A DNA stretch of 64,000 nucleotides from Pristiophorus japonicus. Its lineage: Eukaryota. Location: contig NC_091984.1 in the NCBI RefSeq assembly GCF_044704955.1, positions 177,940,001 through 178,004,000 on the forward strand, read 5' to 3'. Shown piece after piece: positions 63,610 to 64,000 of the stretch. How positions within the stretch are numbered: the first letter of the stretch is position 1; each line of letters begins with the position of its first letter. A program made the translations under genes and the position numbers. The notes below the pieces were generated by a model. The model did no database searches, was not told where the DNA came from, and saw only the letters and a list, made by a program, of their open reading frames with translations.

Positions 63610-64000
63610 ATGTTCAAAAGCGTGGTGACAGGTGAGTTTTGAGGAGAGTCTTTATAAAGGAGAGGCAGATGGAAAGGTTTAGGAAGTGAATCGCAAACCA
63701 TATGTTCTTGATGGCTGAAGGCACTCGTGCCATTTGTAGAGCAAAGGGAATTGGGGATTGCAAGAGGTTCGTTTGGAGACATGCAGATTACTTGGACGGT
63801 TTTAGGAAAATAGACAGATACTGTCAGGTAAGGCCATGAATGGTTTTACCATGTGGATGAGAATTTTAAACTGGAGGCAGTCGGTGACAAGACAGTAATC
63901 TGGATCTATAAGCACTGACGTAATCGGTTAGTAGAAATTAATGCAGTTTTGGATCAGCTGAAGTTTATGCAAGGGTGGAGGATCGCGATCGGCGAGGAGA
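63610..64000 (-). mobile_element. L2 LINE 3' region, degenerate
   Basis: Similar to 24860-25260 and 44130-44440. Confidence 0.55.

Overview
Vertebrate genomic DNA, almost certainly from a cartilaginous fish (shark-type immunoglobulin light chain and shark-type CR1/L2/RTE/Deu-SINE repeats). The window holds two tandem, same-orientation immunoglobulin light-chain (lambda / type II-like) clusters about 50 kb apart. Cluster 1 (promoter ~6786, leader 6936-6984, germline-joined V-J exon 7120-7452, C exon 12047-12369) is intact and in frame. Cluster 2 (57165-62166) is a pseudogene with stops and frameshifts, a CR1 LINE tail inserted at the V-J (CDR3) junction and a 108-bp deletion in C. The spacer is a nest of mobile DNA. 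It includes a two-gene Harbinger transposon containing a full LTR-to-LTR endogenous retrovirus (5-bp TSD, tRNA-Ser PBS, pro-pol, and an env with an unusually long fusion subunit, lokiretrovirus/spuma-like), a small Gypsy element with ~155-bp LTRs, a pre-tRNA-Lys/Tx1-LINE chimeric retrocopy with a 10-bp TSD, a bipartite RTE-derived element, MITEs and many CR1/L2/RTE fragments. Exon, LTR, TSD and motif coordinates were counted directly. Boundaries of old LINE fragments are approximate, and family names come from recognition, not database searches.
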